Shown here: piece after piece, positions 7,769 to 18,314 of the stretch
Numbering within the stretch: the first letter of the stretch is position 1
How the letters are laid out: each line of letters opens with the position of its first letter
Source of the DNA: Treponemataceae bacterium
GTDB taxonomy: Bacteria; Spirochaetota; Spirochaetia; Treponematales; Rectinemataceae
NCBI GenBank assembly: GCA_963667725.2
Contig: CAXXHO010000003.1
Coordinates: 1,856,001-1,920,000, forward strand
DNA: 64,000 bases
Direction of reading: 5' to 3'
Program-made: the position numbers and the translations under genes
The notes under the pieces: generated by a model
Seen by the model: the letters and a program-made list of their open reading frames with translations, nothing else
What the model was told of the DNA's origin: nothing
Database searches by the model: none

Positions 7769-8563
7769 TTATTGCAGGTTCTGGACGATGAAAGGGTAAA
7801 TCAGTTTGGCCATCTCAAAATGTCCCTTCGTGTTGGGATGAATTCCGTCGCCGTCAGGGTAACCATGGTAGGCGACGAAATATTCCTTGTTGATCGCCTG
7901 CGTCCAGGGGTTGAACTTTTCCATGGGGTATAAATCGAGGAGAGGCAGACGGAAGCGGTCCGCAACATCGAAAACCGCGTCTATGAATCCGACGTATTCT
8001 CCATCCTCGCCATGGCAGTATGAGCGAGGGGTGGATGTTATCACCCCTATAGGAACGCCGGGATATTTTTCCAAAAGTCTACCGTAAAAAGTATACAAGG
8101 CTCCGTAGAAGGTCGAGACTCCGGTATCGTCCATATCGCCCAACGTGTGGGAAGCATCGTTGAGCGCTCCCATCACCGTTATGAAACTCACGCTTTCCGC
8201 GGCCGGATATGAATCCATGCTTTCGAGCCAGCTCTCGTGGGTGGCGGTGGGCTGCATGTACCCCGTCCCGCCCGCGGCCACGTTGATCACCTCGCATTCA
8301 AGCCATTCGCTGACGTACTGCTCGTAGTTCGTCTCTATCAGGCCCCTCACCGATATGCTGTCGCCGATGACGAGCCAGGTCTTCCCCTTCAGTTCCCCGG
8401 CGTCGGGCAGCTTCTCCCCGAGGGTATCATCGAAAGCCTCGCTGTCGATGAAGACGCCCACGGGGATACCGTCATCTCCGCCCCAAAGGGAACAGGAAAA
8501 AACTGATGCCGCGAAGATAAGGACGGCAAAAAAGAACAGCTTACTTCGAATCTTTGTTCCCAT
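7769..8563 (-). CDS. SGNH/GDSL hydrolase lipoprotein
   Basis: Lipobox VFSC; GDSIS, GGTG, GALND, DGIHPN. Confidence 0.9.
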   Translation of the reverse strand: MGTKIRSKLFFFAVLIFAASVFSCSLWGGDDGIPVGVFIDSEAFDDTLGEKLPDAGELKGKTWLVIGDSISVRGLIETNYEQYVSEWLECEVINVAAGGTGYMQPTATHESWLESMDSYPAAESVSFITVMGALNDASHTLGDMDDTGVSTFYGALYTFYGRLLEKYPGVPIGVITSTPRSYCHGEDGEYVGFIDAVFDVADRFRLPLLDLYPMEKFNPWTQAINKEYFVAYHGYPDGDGIHPNTKGHFEMAKLIYPFIVQNLQ

Positions 8564-10490
8564 CCCCGCCCTTGAAGTACTTCTCCACCAAATGCTTGAA
8601 CCTGTCCTCCACGAACTTGCGCTTTACTTTCAGCGTCTGGGTAAGTTCCTTCCCGACGGAGAAATCGTTCAGTACGGGGAAAATCTTCGTTATTCGCTCG
8701 AAAGGCTTGAAGCCGCCTTCCTTTGTTATGCGGGAATTCACTTCCTGGAGGAGGAAATTATAGATCTTGTCGTTCTCGATCGAGGCCGAGCCCTCGGTAA
8801 AAATTTCGTTCCGGGAAAGCTTCAGCTCGGCGGCGAGCTTCATGAGTTCGTCTTCGTTGACCGCCACGATGGCGGACAGCTGCTTCTGGTCCTGCCCTAC
8901 CACGACGGCGTGGTCGATATAGGCGCTCTCTTTCAGCTTATCCTCGATCGGCTCCGGTTCGATGTTCTCGCCGCCCATGAGGACGATGGTGTCCTTCGCC
9001 CGGCCGACGATGATGTATTCCCCATTTTCCGAACGCACCGTGAGGTCGCCGGTGTTCAGCCAGCCGTCAGGAGAGAGGACGGCCATCGTGGCCGCCGGGT
9101 TCTTGTAATATCCGGACATGACCTGAGGTCCGCGAACGTAGAGGATTCCCTTCTCACCGGTGCTGGCCAACTTTCCCTCTTCCGTGCGGATTTCCACTTC
9201 CGTGTTGTCGAAAGGCAAACCGGTCGAACCGAAAGTATTTCTTCCCGTCTGTCTCGACAGGATCCCAGGCGCGCATTCGGTCATGCCGTACGCGTTGATG
9301 AGGGTGATGCCTATCGCGTTGAAAAGCTCATCGAGATACTTCGGCAGCGAGCCCGCCCCGCAGGTGGCAAGACGCATCCGCCCGCCCACCTTTTCCCTGA
9401 AGGGCTTGAACAGGACTCCCGCCAGCTTGTGGATCGGCCAGTAGATGACGAAGCGCAGCGAATGCCATAGGGCCGCCAGGATTTTCTCGAGCGCCGAGCG
9501 GTCATGCAGGGCTATATAGCATCCCTTCAGATAGAGCGAAGATGTCAGCCATATCTGATTGCCTTTGATGAAAGCCAGGACGAGGTTGCGTTTGCCCCTA
9601 TGCATTTCGCTGAAAGCCTTGATGAGCTTCTGATAGACCGATTCCCATACGCGGGGAACGGAGATGAGAACCTGGGGTTTTTCGCTGAGAAGATCGGCGC
9701 TAAAGCGTCCCGCCGAGGAGTAGACGAAGGTCAGACCGCTCGCGATTCCGCAATACTCGAAAGCCCTTTCGTAGACATGCCAGGAAGGCAGCATGAGGAC
9801 GGTGGTCTCCGCCTTTTCGATATCGATTTCGAGCCGCGGCGTATTGGCCACGAGGTTCTGGATGAAATTTCTGTGCGAAAGCATGACGCCTTTCGGATTG
9901 CCCGTCGTGCCCGAAGTATAGACAATCGTGAGAAGATCGTCCAACTTGATGTTCTTGTCCAGTTTTTCCAGAAGATCCGGTTCGCTCGCGTACGCCGCTT
10001 CGCCATCGGCGAGCAGTTCGCCGTAAAAACGGACCTTTTCGGCGAGTTGGGCCGGAACCGAAGCCTTGTCGCCGTCTTCCACGATGAAGATAGCCGCGCA
10101 TCGCTCCCAGTCCGTCTCGGTGAAGACCTCGTCCAGGGCGACAAGCTGCTGCACGGTTTCCACGATGAGGTGACGGGAATCGGAATGATGGAATATGAAT
10201 TCCACTTCCTTCGGGAGGGAGTCCGAGCCGCGAGGGACGCTTATGGCCCCAAGAGCCATAAGAGCGAAATCCGTGCATATCCATTCGAAGCGGTTGTTCA
10301 CGAAAAAACCGACATGATCGCTTCTGGTGACTCCTGCGTTTTTCAGGCCGGCGGCCAGTATCCTGATCGTGTGCGCGAATTCGCCGTAGGTATGGGTTCC
10401 CGTCTTTTCCTTGGTTTTCCATTTATGGGAAATACGTTCGGGATAACGCCGGGCAGTTTCGAAGGGGACCGCAAGGAGGGGACTGTTCAT
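8541..10490 (-). CDS. fadD: Long-chain fatty acid--CoA ligase
   Basis: YTSGTTGNPKG, YGMTE, NTGDL, GRAKD, GENIEP. Confidence 0.9.
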   Translation of the reverse strand: MNSPLLAVPFETARRYPERISHKWKTKEKTGTHTYGEFAHTIRILAAGLKNAGVTRSDHVGFFVNNRFEWICTDFALMALGAISVPRGSDSLPKEVEFIFHHSDSRHLIVETVQQLVALDEVFTETDWERCAAIFIVEDGDKASVPAQLAEKVRFYGELLADGEAAYASEPDLLEKLDKNIKLDDLLTIVYTSGTTGNPKGVMLSHRNFIQNLVANTPRLEIDIEKAETTVLMLPSWHVYERAFEYCGIASGLTFVYSSAGRFSADLLSEKPQVLISVPRVWESVYQKLIKAFSEMHRGKRNLVLAFIKGNQIWLTSSLYLKGCYIALHDRSALEKILAALWHSLRFVIYWPIHKLAGVLFKPFREKVGGRMRLATCGAGSLPKYLDELFNAIGITLINAYGMTECAPGILSRQTGRNTFGSTGLPFDNTEVEIRTEEGKLASTGEKGILYVRGPQVMSGYYKNPAATMAVLSPDGWLNTGDLTVRSENGEYIIVGRAKDTIVLMGGENIEPEPIEDKLKESAYIDHAVVVGQDQKQLSAIVAVNEDELMKLAAELKLSRNEIFTEGSASIENDKIYNFLLQEVNSRITKEGGFKPFERITKIFPVLNDFSVGKELTQTLKVKRKFVEDRFKHLVEKYFKGGDGNKDSK

Positions 10491-10538
10491 TACAACTCCT
10501 CAAGGGATCTTTATTTTACCGGCGCTCGAGCCTTGCCG

Positions 10539-10586
10539 TGACAGGATCCTCTCTGTCAGTATAATATTCATTTTGACGAGAATCAA
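10539..10586 (-). promoter_or_regulatory. fadD promoter with adjacent palindromic operator
   Basis: Minus strand TTGATT-N17-TATACT, immediately followed by TGACAG-N8-CTGTCA. Confidence 0.55.
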
Positions 10587-10748
10587 AGATTTGTCAATGG
10601 ATGGCAAAGATAATGGAACGGGACAGAAAAAAGCTGACCTGGACCTATACCGCGGCGAATTGGATGTTTATACTCTCGACACAGGAGAAAGGCTTTTGGA
10701 ACACGCGACGATTCTATCACGGCTACAGTCTTGCGAAGGCGGCGCGCT

Positions 10749-12068
10749 ATGAGGCTCGATATTCCGGCGACCCTTCAGCTGCTCATCATTTTTTCTCTCG
10801 TCGTCATCGCTGTAGGCCGCAAGGTCCACCTGGGGCTGGCCGCGGCATTGGGCGGCATCGCCCTGGCCTTATGGCATGGCCTGCGATTTACGGCCATTTC
10901 CGGCATTGTGATCGGCGAGACGCTGAATCCGGACACGCTCCTCCTTCTCGCCCTTATGGTCTGCATCATGTCGTTTTCGGCGGCCATGAAAAAATCGGGC
11001 GCCATGGAAACCCTGGCCAGGGCGATCGGAACAGTGACTTCTTCGGCGCGCATCGCGATGGCGATCACCCCCCTACTCATAGGCACTTTGCCGATGCCGG
11101 GCGGAGCCATTCTCTCCGCGCCGCTCGTGGAAGCGATAGACATCGACCACAAAGAGAAGGCGGGCACCCTTTCGGCGACCAACTATTGGTTCCGGCATTC
11201 GCTGGAACTCCTGTGGCCCCTCTACCCAGCCTTTATTCTGACGACATCCCTGAGCGGGATATCGGTCCTCCGACTGATGCTGCTCAATTCTTATAGCCTG
11301 CCTGTCATATTCACGCTGGGCTGTGTCTTTGTCCTCCCCGCTGCGCCCAGACGCTCCTCCCATACGTCTTCCTCCGCCATCGATAGAGGATCGCCGCTCT
11401 CGCGGACGACCAGATTCATAAAGGGCATCGCGCCCCTTGCCATCGTCATATTCAGCTATATTTTCTTCGATGTACTCTGGCGTTTCATTTCGCCCGGTAT
11501 AGACCTGGCGGGTTCCTCCAAGGCGCTCGTCGGAAGGTATTTGCCGATCCTTCTCGGCCTCGCGCTTGGCAGCCTCAGCCTTGGGTACCGAGCCAAGGGA
11601 TTCGGTTCCTTCCGCGGCAGCGTGAGCATGGCCACAATGAGGCTCATCGCCATGATACTCGGCATTAGGATATTTTCGGCGCTGATAGGCGAGATCGGGC
11701 TGGCCGGGACGGCGGCGGCCGAACTGACGGAAGCCGGAATCCCACCCCTTGTCGCCGTGGCGGTGATACCCTTCATCGCCGGACTGGTCACGGGAATAGG
11801 CTTCGGTTATGTCGGGCTCGCCATTCCGATCATCCTCGGCCTCGTGCCGGAGGGGTCGGCCTTCCCGCGTGAAGCCGCCGTCGTGCTCGCGGGAGCATTT
11901 GGATTCGCGGGCATGATGATGTCGCCCCTTCATGTCTGCATGGTCGTCAGCGCCGAGCATTTCAAGGCCGGATTGCCTGCCACCATTCGCCGATTCGCCC
12001 TTCCGCTCGGCATTTTCCTGGTGATAGCGGTGCTGTACGCATTATTGTTGGCCGGCATTCTCGGCTGA
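10749..12068 (+). CDS. DUF401-family multipass membrane protein (ion-transporter superfamily-like)
   Basis: IGTLPMPGGAILSAP, NYWFRH..WPLYP, SPLHVC. Confidence 0.8.
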   Translation: MRLDIPATLQLLIIFSLVVIAVGRKVHLGLAAALGGIALALWHGLRFTAISGIVIGETLNPDTLLLLALMVCIMSFSAAMKKSGAMETLARAIGTVTSSARIAMAITPLLIGTLPMPGGAILSAPLVEAIDIDHKEKAGTLSATNYWFRHSLELLWPLYPAFILTTSLSGISVLRLMLLNSYSLPVIFTLGCVFVLPAAPRRSSHTSSSAIDRGSPLSRTTRFIKGIAPLAIVIFSYIFFDVLWRFISPGIDLAGSSKALVGRYLPILLGLALGSLSLGYRAKGFGSFRGSVSMATMRLIAMILGIRIFSALIGEIGLAGTAAAELTEAGIPPLVAVAVIPFIAGLVTGIGFGYVGLAIPIILGLVPEGSAFPREAAVVLAGAFGFAGMMMSPLHVCMVVSAEHFKAGLPATIRRFALPLGIFLVIAVLYALLLAGILG

Positions 12069-12084
12069 AGGAATCGGAACATCC

Positions 12085-13092
12085 ATGAAAGCATGCATCG
12101 TTGGAGCGGGCGCCATCGGGGGCAGCATTGGATTCGGCCTGGCCAGGGCGGGCTGTCTAGTCTCTTGTATCGCGCGAGGCAGGACGCTTGCCACCCTGCG
12201 CGAGAAAGGGCTTCGGTTCACCGACGGCGGCCCCGTCGAGGCAGCATCCATTCATGCGGTAGAGTCAGCCGGGGAACTGGGCGTCCAGGACCTTGTCGTG
12301 CTCGCCGTGAAGGCTCCCGCGCTGACCGATGTGGCGCCGCTCATCCTCCCCCTCCTGGGCCCCAGCACCATCGTGCTTCCGGCCATGAACGGCGTGCCCT
12401 GGTGGTTCTTCCAGGGCTTCGGGGGCGAGCTCGCTGGCACCTCGCTCGAACCGATCGATCCGCGGGGAATCATAGCCTCCAATATCTCCCCGGCCTCCAT
12501 TATTGGCTGCGTTGTTCATTTTGGCGCCTCCTGCCCCGAGCCTGGGCTCATCAAAGCCCTGCCCCAACGCACGCTCATCATCGGCGAACCCTCGGGCAAA
12601 ATTTCGGAACGCCTGAACGTCCTCGGCGAAATCCTGCGAAAATCCGGCTACACCGTCAAACTCACGGATTCCATTCAGAGGGAAGTCTGGTACAAACTCT
12701 GGGGCAATATGACGATGAACCCTCTCTCCGCCCTCACCGGCGCCACAATGGATAAAATCCTGGACGATCCTCTCGTCAATCAACTCTGCAGGGAGGTCAT
12801 GGCCGAAGCCAAGAGCGTCGGCGCGAAAATTGGCTGTCCCATAGAACAGAGCGTCGACGACAGAATCGCGATCAGCCGGACCCTTGGAGCATTCAAAACC
12901 TCGATGCTGCAGGATCTCGAGGCGGGACGCCCGCTTGAACTGGACGCCATCCTCACCTCGGTGGTCGAAATCGGGAAACTCGTGGGCGAAAAGACGCCCT
13001 ATATCAATACCGTTCTTGGCCTGACGAGGCTCAAGGCGAGAATCATGGGACTCTATCCTCAGCCGGCCTCTGAAGAACCGGCGAACAACTAA
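12085..13092 (+). CDS. panE: 2-dehydropantoate 2-reductase family
   Basis: GAGAIGG, VLAVK, MNGVPWW, KLWGN, KTSMLQD, PLELD. Confidence 0.85.
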   Translation: MKACIVGAGAIGGSIGFGLARAGCLVSCIARGRTLATLREKGLRFTDGGPVEAASIHAVESAGELGVQDLVVLAVKAPALTDVAPLILPLLGPSTIVLPAMNGVPWWFFQGFGGELAGTSLEPIDPRGIIASNISPASIIGCVVHFGASCPEPGLIKALPQRTLIIGEPSGKISERLNVLGEILRKSGYTVKLTDSIQREVWYKLWGNMTMNPLSALTGATMDKILDDPLVNQLCREVMAEAKSVGAKIGCPIEQSVDDRIAISRTLGAFKTSMLQDLEAGRPLELDAILTSVVEIGKLVGEKTPYINTVLGLTRLKARIMGLYPQPASEEPANN

Positions 13093-13128
13093 GCTTCCGT
13101 CTATACGGCGGGAATACAGGAAGGCGAT

Positions 13129-14319
13129 ATGGCGATAGCGCGGAAAATGAAGGATTTCGTGGCCAATGGCTCGATGATCAGAAAGATGTTCGAGGAAGGC
13201 TCGAGGCTCAAGGCGATCCATGGAGCCGACAAGGTCTTCGATTTCAGCATCGGCAACCCGAACGTACCGCCGCCTCAGACTTTCAAGGCGACGCTCCGCT
13301 CGGTCGCCGAAGCGGATATCCCCGGCCTGCATGCCTATATGCCCAACGCGGGGCTTCCCGCCGCGAGAAAAGCGATCGCGAAGCGGATCGCTGAGGATCA
13401 GGGCGTTCCCGTAGAGGCATCGCATATCATCGTCACCTGCGGAGCGGCGGGCGGCCTCAATATTGTCTTTAAAGCCCTCCTGGAACCGGGCGACGAAGTC
13501 CTCGTAAGCTCGCCCTATTTCGTCGAGTACGGATTCATCGCCGACAACCACGGCGGAGTTCTCAAAACCGTACCTACCCTGCCGGACTTCGGCCTGGACG
13601 TGGACGCGCTCGAGGCGGCCATGGGGCCGCGCACTAAAATCATCCTCGTGAACACGCCGAACAATCCCACAGGCAGGATCTACTCCACCGAATCGCTCGC
13701 TCGGCTGGCGGCGGCCATGGAAAGCCGCGGCGCGGCGCTCGGCCACGCGATCTACCTCGTCTCGGACGAACCCTACCGCGCGCTGACCTTCGACGGAGCG
13801 ACGGTTCCAAGCCCCCTGGCGAGCTTTCCCCACTCCATCCTCGTCACCTCATATTCCAAGGAACTCTCGCTTCCGGGCGAGCGTATAGGCTACGTGGCGG
13901 TCAACCCAAGCGCCGACGACCTCGCGAACCTCATGGAAGCCCTGAGCCTCGCGAACCGCATCCTGGGCTTCGTCAACGCGCCCAGTCTCATGCAGCATGT
14001 CATAGCGGCACTTCCGGGACCGGCCCTCGTCGACATTTCCCGATACCAGAAGGCGCGCGACCTCCTCGCCGCCGGACTGAAGGCCGCCGGCTATGAGTTC
14101 AATCTTCCCGAAGGCGCCTTCTATCTCTTTCCCAAAATCCCGGGCGCGCGCGGAGACAAAGCCTTCCTGGACCTGCTCAGAGATGAAAACATCCTCGTCG
14201 TCCCGGGTTCAGCGTTCGGAGCGCCCGGCTACTTCCGCATAGCCTTCTGCGTCGATCTAGCCGTCATCGCCGGGGCCATGCCGGGATTCGAGAGGGCGAT
14301 GCGCAAGGTAAGGGGATAG
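13129..14319 (+). CDS. PLP-dependent class I/II (aspartate-type) aminotransferase
   Basis: FSIGNP, NTPNNPTG, DEPY, SYSKELSLPGERIGY. Confidence 0.92.
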   Translation: MAIARKMKDFVANGSMIRKMFEEGSRLKAIHGADKVFDFSIGNPNVPPPQTFKATLRSVAEADIPGLHAYMPNAGLPAARKAIAKRIAEDQGVPVEASHIIVTCGAAGGLNIVFKALLEPGDEVLVSSPYFVEYGFIADNHGGVLKTVPTLPDFGLDVDALEAAMGPRTKIILVNTPNNPTGRIYSTESLARLAAAMESRGAALGHAIYLVSDEPYRALTFDGATVPSPLASFPHSILVTSYSKELSLPGERIGYVAVNPSADDLANLMEALSLANRILGFVNAPSLMQHVIAALPGPALVDISRYQKARDLLAAGLKAAGYEFNLPEGAFYLFPKIPGARGDKAFLDLLRDENILVVPGSAFGAPGYFRIAFCVDLAVIAGAMPGFERAMRKVRG

Positions 14320-14393
14320 AGGCCGTTCCTCCTCAAATTTGCGCACAAAACGGGAAAATGGTGTTATTGTGAACGCTCAAGGAGATATTCGCA

Positions 14394-15143
14394 ATGCATA
14401 TCGGTATTTTTGAAAACCTCGACAGTCTCGGAAAACACGCGGCCGACATCGGCGCCCAGGGCATACGCGACGCCATCGCCGCCAAGGGCGAAGCCAACAT
14501 CATCCTCGCCACCGGCGCGAGCCAGTTCTCCATGCTTGAGCACCTGATCCAAGAACCGGGGATAGACTGGTCCCTCGTGACGATTTTCCACCTGGACGAA
14601 TATGTCGGAATGAGCATTTCCCATCCGGCCAGCTTCCGCAAATACATGAAGGAAAGAGTCGTCGAAAAGCTGCCCACGCTGAAAAAATTCAACTATATCG
14701 GAGCCGACGCCCTTCCCCTCAAGAATGAGCTCGCCAGGCTCGCCTCGCTCATAAAGGAAAAACCCATCGACGTGGCCTTCATCGGCATAGGGGAAAACGG
14801 ACACCTCGCCTTCAACGACCCGCCCGCCGATTTCGAGACCGAAGAACCCTATATCGTGGTGGACCTGGACGAGAAATGCCGCATGCAGCAGGTGGGCGAA
14901 GGCTGGTTCAAAGGCCTCTCCGACGTCCCCGCCCAGGCTGTCTCGATGAGCATCCGCCAGATCATGAAGTCGAAGACCATCGTCTGCACGGTGCCCGATT
15001 CCCGCAAGAAGGAAGCGGTCGCCATGGCGCTGAACGCCCCCATCTCCCCAGCGGCGCCCTGCTCGATAATGCGCCGGCACCCCTCCTGCTACCTGATGCT
15101 CGATTACCCGGCCGCCGAGCTTATTCTCTCCGGCGGCAAATAA
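14394..15143 (+). CDS. nagB: Glucosamine-6-phosphate deaminase family
   Basis: LATGASQ, FHLDEY, GIGENGHLAFNDP; AAGGAG RBS. Confidence 0.8.
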   Translation: MHIGIFENLDSLGKHAADIGAQGIRDAIAAKGEANIILATGASQFSMLEHLIQEPGIDWSLVTIFHLDEYVGMSISHPASFRKYMKERVVEKLPTLKKFNYIGADALPLKNELARLASLIKEKPIDVAFIGIGENGHLAFNDPPADFETEEPYIVVDLDEKCRMQQVGEGWFKGLSDVPAQAVSMSIRQIMKSKTIVCTVPDSRKKEAVAMALNAPISPAAPCSIMRRHPSCYLMLDYPAAELILSGGK

Positions 15144-15158
15144 TCTGCCTGGCATGCC

Positions 15159-16781
15159 CTATTCATAGCGGGCATGCCCTTCCGCCACATAGCGGTCGGT
15201 AATCCCCCTGATGGCTTCGACCGCTTCAAGGCAGAGCCTTCCATCGCTAGAGACGACTTCCCAGCGGACCATCCCCTCTTCGCTGCGAGAAATGCGCTGG
15301 GCGACCTGATACCACGCTCCGGTAACATCGGTATCGGCGCCGATGATTTCCGGCAGGCCTGACCTCATCAGCGTGGCATCCAGGCTCGTGCCGTCTTCCA
15401 TCGTTTTTAAAACCGAAAGCCCCCGGCCCGCGAATTCGGCCTCGACATCTACCATCACGCGTTCCATCAGGGCCTCGTCAATGAAATGGCAGGGCCATTC
15501 CCTCGCCCGCGCGATCCGCTTCTGACGTTCCATGGCCTTTTCGAAAAGCTCGGGATGATTCGCCCAGAGCCTGGCCGTCAGCAGGGTGAAATACAGCGTA
15601 TTCTCCGTGGCCGCGAAGCCCTTGGAGAAATCGTCGAGATCATAGGGAAAATTCATATAGTAGTGAGCCGATTCCTCGGAAGCGACCAGATACTGCCGGC
15701 CGCAATGGGTCCGCAGCGCCTCTTTTATGAACGAATGTCCGTTGCGTATGATATGGACATCGATTCCCCGGGAAGCCTGGTCGACCATCGCCAGTGGATT
15801 CGCCTTGACATCCGAGTACATCTGCGGACGCCATGGCGCGGAGGCGCCTCCATCGAAAAAGCCGGAAGCGTGGACGCCCCGGAAAAACTTCATTATCTCC
15901 GGAACGAGGACGCCGAGATTGAAGGATGGGGTCAGCTGCTCGCCTCGGGCGTTCATCACATCCATTCGGTCTCCGTCGCCGTCATAGCAGAAGCCGAAAT
16001 CGTAGCCGCCCGCCTTCATCAGATCCCAGGTAGGCTGTATGCTTTTCAGAATGCCGGGATTGGGATCCCCCCTGGGAAAGAATCCGTCGGGCACGAGGTT
16101 CCTCGTCCGGACTTTAGCGCCGGCCAGTCCCAGAGCCTCGCTGACCTCTGTTCCCGCGGCGCCGCAGAGGAAATCCGCCAGGACAGACAGCCCCGAGAGG
16201 GAATCGCGCTCCACGCCCGCGAGTTGCATTGAATAGTCGATGAACTGGTCGAGATAGCGACGCACGGTCACTTTCGCCCTTCCAGACGGGGATCGGGCGA
16301 GATCGCCGCCTTCCAGGTAGAGGGCGAGAATGCCGGTTATGCCGCCTGCCGGTCCCGAATCCATGGCGAGGGTCATCATGCCGCGGGACATCAGCTTCAG
16401 CCCGATATATTCGCCTGGATTGTGGCTCGCGGTGAACATGATCGCCGCGCTGTCCGGATTCCGCAGGCAACTGTAGTAAAACTGGCAGGTAGAACTCTGG
16501 AGGGGATTGAGGATTACCTCGATGCCCATTTCGGGCAGCAGTTCCACGGCCAGCTCCATAAGTGCAGGCGCGGCCAATCGGGCATCGCGCCCCAATACCA
16601 CGGAATCGACGCCGAGCGCTTCCTTGATATAGCGGCCCACGGCGATGATCAGCCGCGTGCCGAGGACTGGGGTCAGCCTGCTTTCCTTCGTCCTTATGTC
16701 GTAGGCTTTGAACATGCCAAGGTTGAGTTCTTGTCTCTGCGCTTCCGATACCGTGGCCATGAGCGATTGATAATCCGTCAT
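15159..16781 (-). CDS. Phosphohexomutase (PMM/PGM family)
   Basis: FKAYDIR, TASHNP, DGDGDR, EESAHYY; start uncertain (16817, 16781 or 16760). Confidence 0.88.
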   Translation of the reverse strand: MTDYQSLMATVSEAQRQELNLGMFKAYDIRTKESRLTPVLGTRLIIAVGRYIKEALGVDSVVLGRDARLAAPALMELAVELLPEMGIEVILNPLQSSTCQFYYSCLRNPDSAAIMFTASHNPGEYIGLKLMSRGMMTLAMDSGPAGGITGILALYLEGGDLARSPSGRAKVTVRRYLDQFIDYSMQLAGVERDSLSGLSVLADFLCGAAGTEVSEALGLAGAKVRTRNLVPDGFFPRGDPNPGILKSIQPTWDLMKAGGYDFGFCYDGDGDRMDVMNARGEQLTPSFNLGVLVPEIMKFFRGVHASGFFDGGASAPWRPQMYSDVKANPLAMVDQASRGIDVHIIRNGHSFIKEALRTHCGRQYLVASEESAHYYMNFPYDLDDFSKGFAATENTLYFTLLTARLWANHPELFEKAMERQKRIARAREWPCHFIDEALMERVMVDVEAEFAGRGLSVLKTMEDGTSLDATLMRSGLPEIIGADTDVTGAWYQVAQRISRSEEGMVRWEVVSSDGRLCLEAVEAIRGITDRYVAEGHARYE

Positions 16782-16949
16782 ATTCAGGAAAGTATACAGG
16801 TAAAAATCATCCATCACAAGGAAAAAGAAACAAAAAGAAAGAAAAACAAAGGCAAAGCGAGATGTTTACCGCCGCACCCCTCTCGGCTCAGAGGAATACC
16901 GGCCGGCCTATCTCTTCAATTCCGGGAGCGATTATCCCATACTATCCGC

Positions 16950-17510
16950 ATGAAGACCCAATCGAGGAGCGCCGACCCTCTGCGTATCGACGAACTCGCG
17001 ATGCCCGGCTGCCCGGGCATCGTCGGCCTCACCTCCTGTCCTGGCAGGAAGAGGGCCTTCCTGAGCCGCGGAACCAGGGATAGTGAATTGGAAGCCGACC
17101 TGGCCGCCATCAAAGCCTGGAGAGCGGAAATCCTCCTGAGCCTCATCGAGCCGCAGGAATATGCTTTATATGGCGTCGAGCGGATGCGCGAGCTGATTCC
17201 CGAGGGCATTCTCCACCTTCGGCTTCCGATCCCGGATGGCTCGACGCCCGACGCTTCCTGGGAAAATTCCTGGGAAGTCGCCGGCCCCAAGATCCGCGCG
17301 ATCCTGAGCCGCGGGGGACGAGTCTGCGTTCACTGCATAGGCGGACTAGGACGGACGGGGCTTGTCGCCGCGCGGCTTCTGGTGGAATTCGGCGCTCAGC
17401 CTCTGGAGGCTATCCGAATGGTCAGGGATATCCGCCCGGGCGCGATTGAGACCGCCGCGCAGGAAAACTATGTCAGATCGCTCCTGCCGGCACGTGAGAC
17501 CTTTTCGTAG
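16950..17510 (+). CDS. CDKN3-like dual-specificity protein phosphatase
   Basis: CPG, LPIPD, HCIGGLGRTG (HCX5R), RPGAIET..QE. Confidence 0.88.
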   Translation: MKTQSRSADPLRIDELAMPGCPGIVGLTSCPGRKRAFLSRGTRDSELEADLAAIKAWRAEILLSLIEPQEYALYGVERMRELIPEGILHLRLPIPDGSTPDASWENSWEVAGPKIRAILSRGGRVCVHCIGGLGRTGLVAARLLVEFGAQPLEAIRMVRDIRPGAIETAAQENYVRSLLPARETFS

Positions 17511-18199
17511 GTTTTATATCGCCCCTGTTTGCCCGACTCGGCGAGAAGGCTGGCACGGCAGAAACAGTAGAGAATCTTGCGCGCCCTTTGGGGAGGGATG
17601 CCGAGAGCCTCCCCCAAGGCCGCCGAGGTAAAGGGCGACGCGAGGCTCTTCGGGATGAGGGCGAGCCATTGGCCACGGGTCCTGAAAGAACGCGACGAAA
17701 GAACTTCGAGAAGCTCCTTGTCAACCGTCCTGTCGCCCTTGCGCCACCATGATCCCGATCCGTCGCGAACCTTCGTCTCCACGCTCCTGACCATGAGTAT
17801 TTCGACCGTGACGTTGCGCGCCGCCATGAATCCGGGCGCACGGATGAGTTCGTCGAAAAGGCTGTACAGATCGCCCCGCTTCGGGCTCATGCGGACCGAA
17901 AGCAGCTCGTTCGTCACCGGTTCGAGCCTGCGCAGCTCGCGCCTCGCCGACACGGGGTAAACCACGCGCACGCGGTACCCCTTCCCGGCGAATTCGAGAA
18001 CCTTGGGCGCGAGCTGGCCAAGATGCCCGGTTTGCACCTCGACAAGCTCGCCGTCGGCGCGAACGAGATCCACCACCTTGCCTTCGACCAAGGCTTCCAG
18101 ACGGTCCCCCGGCTTGGCGAGATAGTCCTTGAGTTGGGCATGGAGACTGTATTCCGAATAGAGGTTAATGCCTGACCGCTCGGCGGCGATGGATCCCAT
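17468..18199 (-). CDS. Conserved hypothetical protein, PD-(D/E)xK nuclease-like with probable C-terminal wHTH
   Basis: E.SLHAQLK, VDLVR, VEVQT; C-terminal FTSAALGEALG...G..GRY..Y. Confidence 0.65.
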   Translation of the reverse strand: MGSIAAERSGINLYSEYSLHAQLKDYLAKPGDRLEALVEGKVVDLVRADGELVEVQTGHLGQLAPKVLEFAGKGYRVRVVYPVSARRELRRLEPVTNELLSVRMSPKRGDLYSLFDELIRAPGFMAARNVTVEILMVRSVETKVRDGSGSWWRKGDRTVDKELLEVLSSRSFRTRGQWLALIPKSLASPFTSAALGEALGIPPQRARKILYCFCRASLLAESGKQGRYKTYEKVSRAGRSDLT

Positions 18200-18314
18200 G
18201 GCCATAAGTATGCACGAGACTGGCAAAAATGCCCAGCGGCATACTCAAGGGTTCGGGCATTGACAGAAAAGCAAAACAGTACAAACTTGATTATAAACAC
18301 AGCGGAGGTTCAGC

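Noticed and set aside
16818..16856. A-rich GAAAAA-like quasi-repeat
   Set aside because: Low-complexity promoter-upstream sequence with no regular unit or spacers; not a CRISPR array or tandem repeat.
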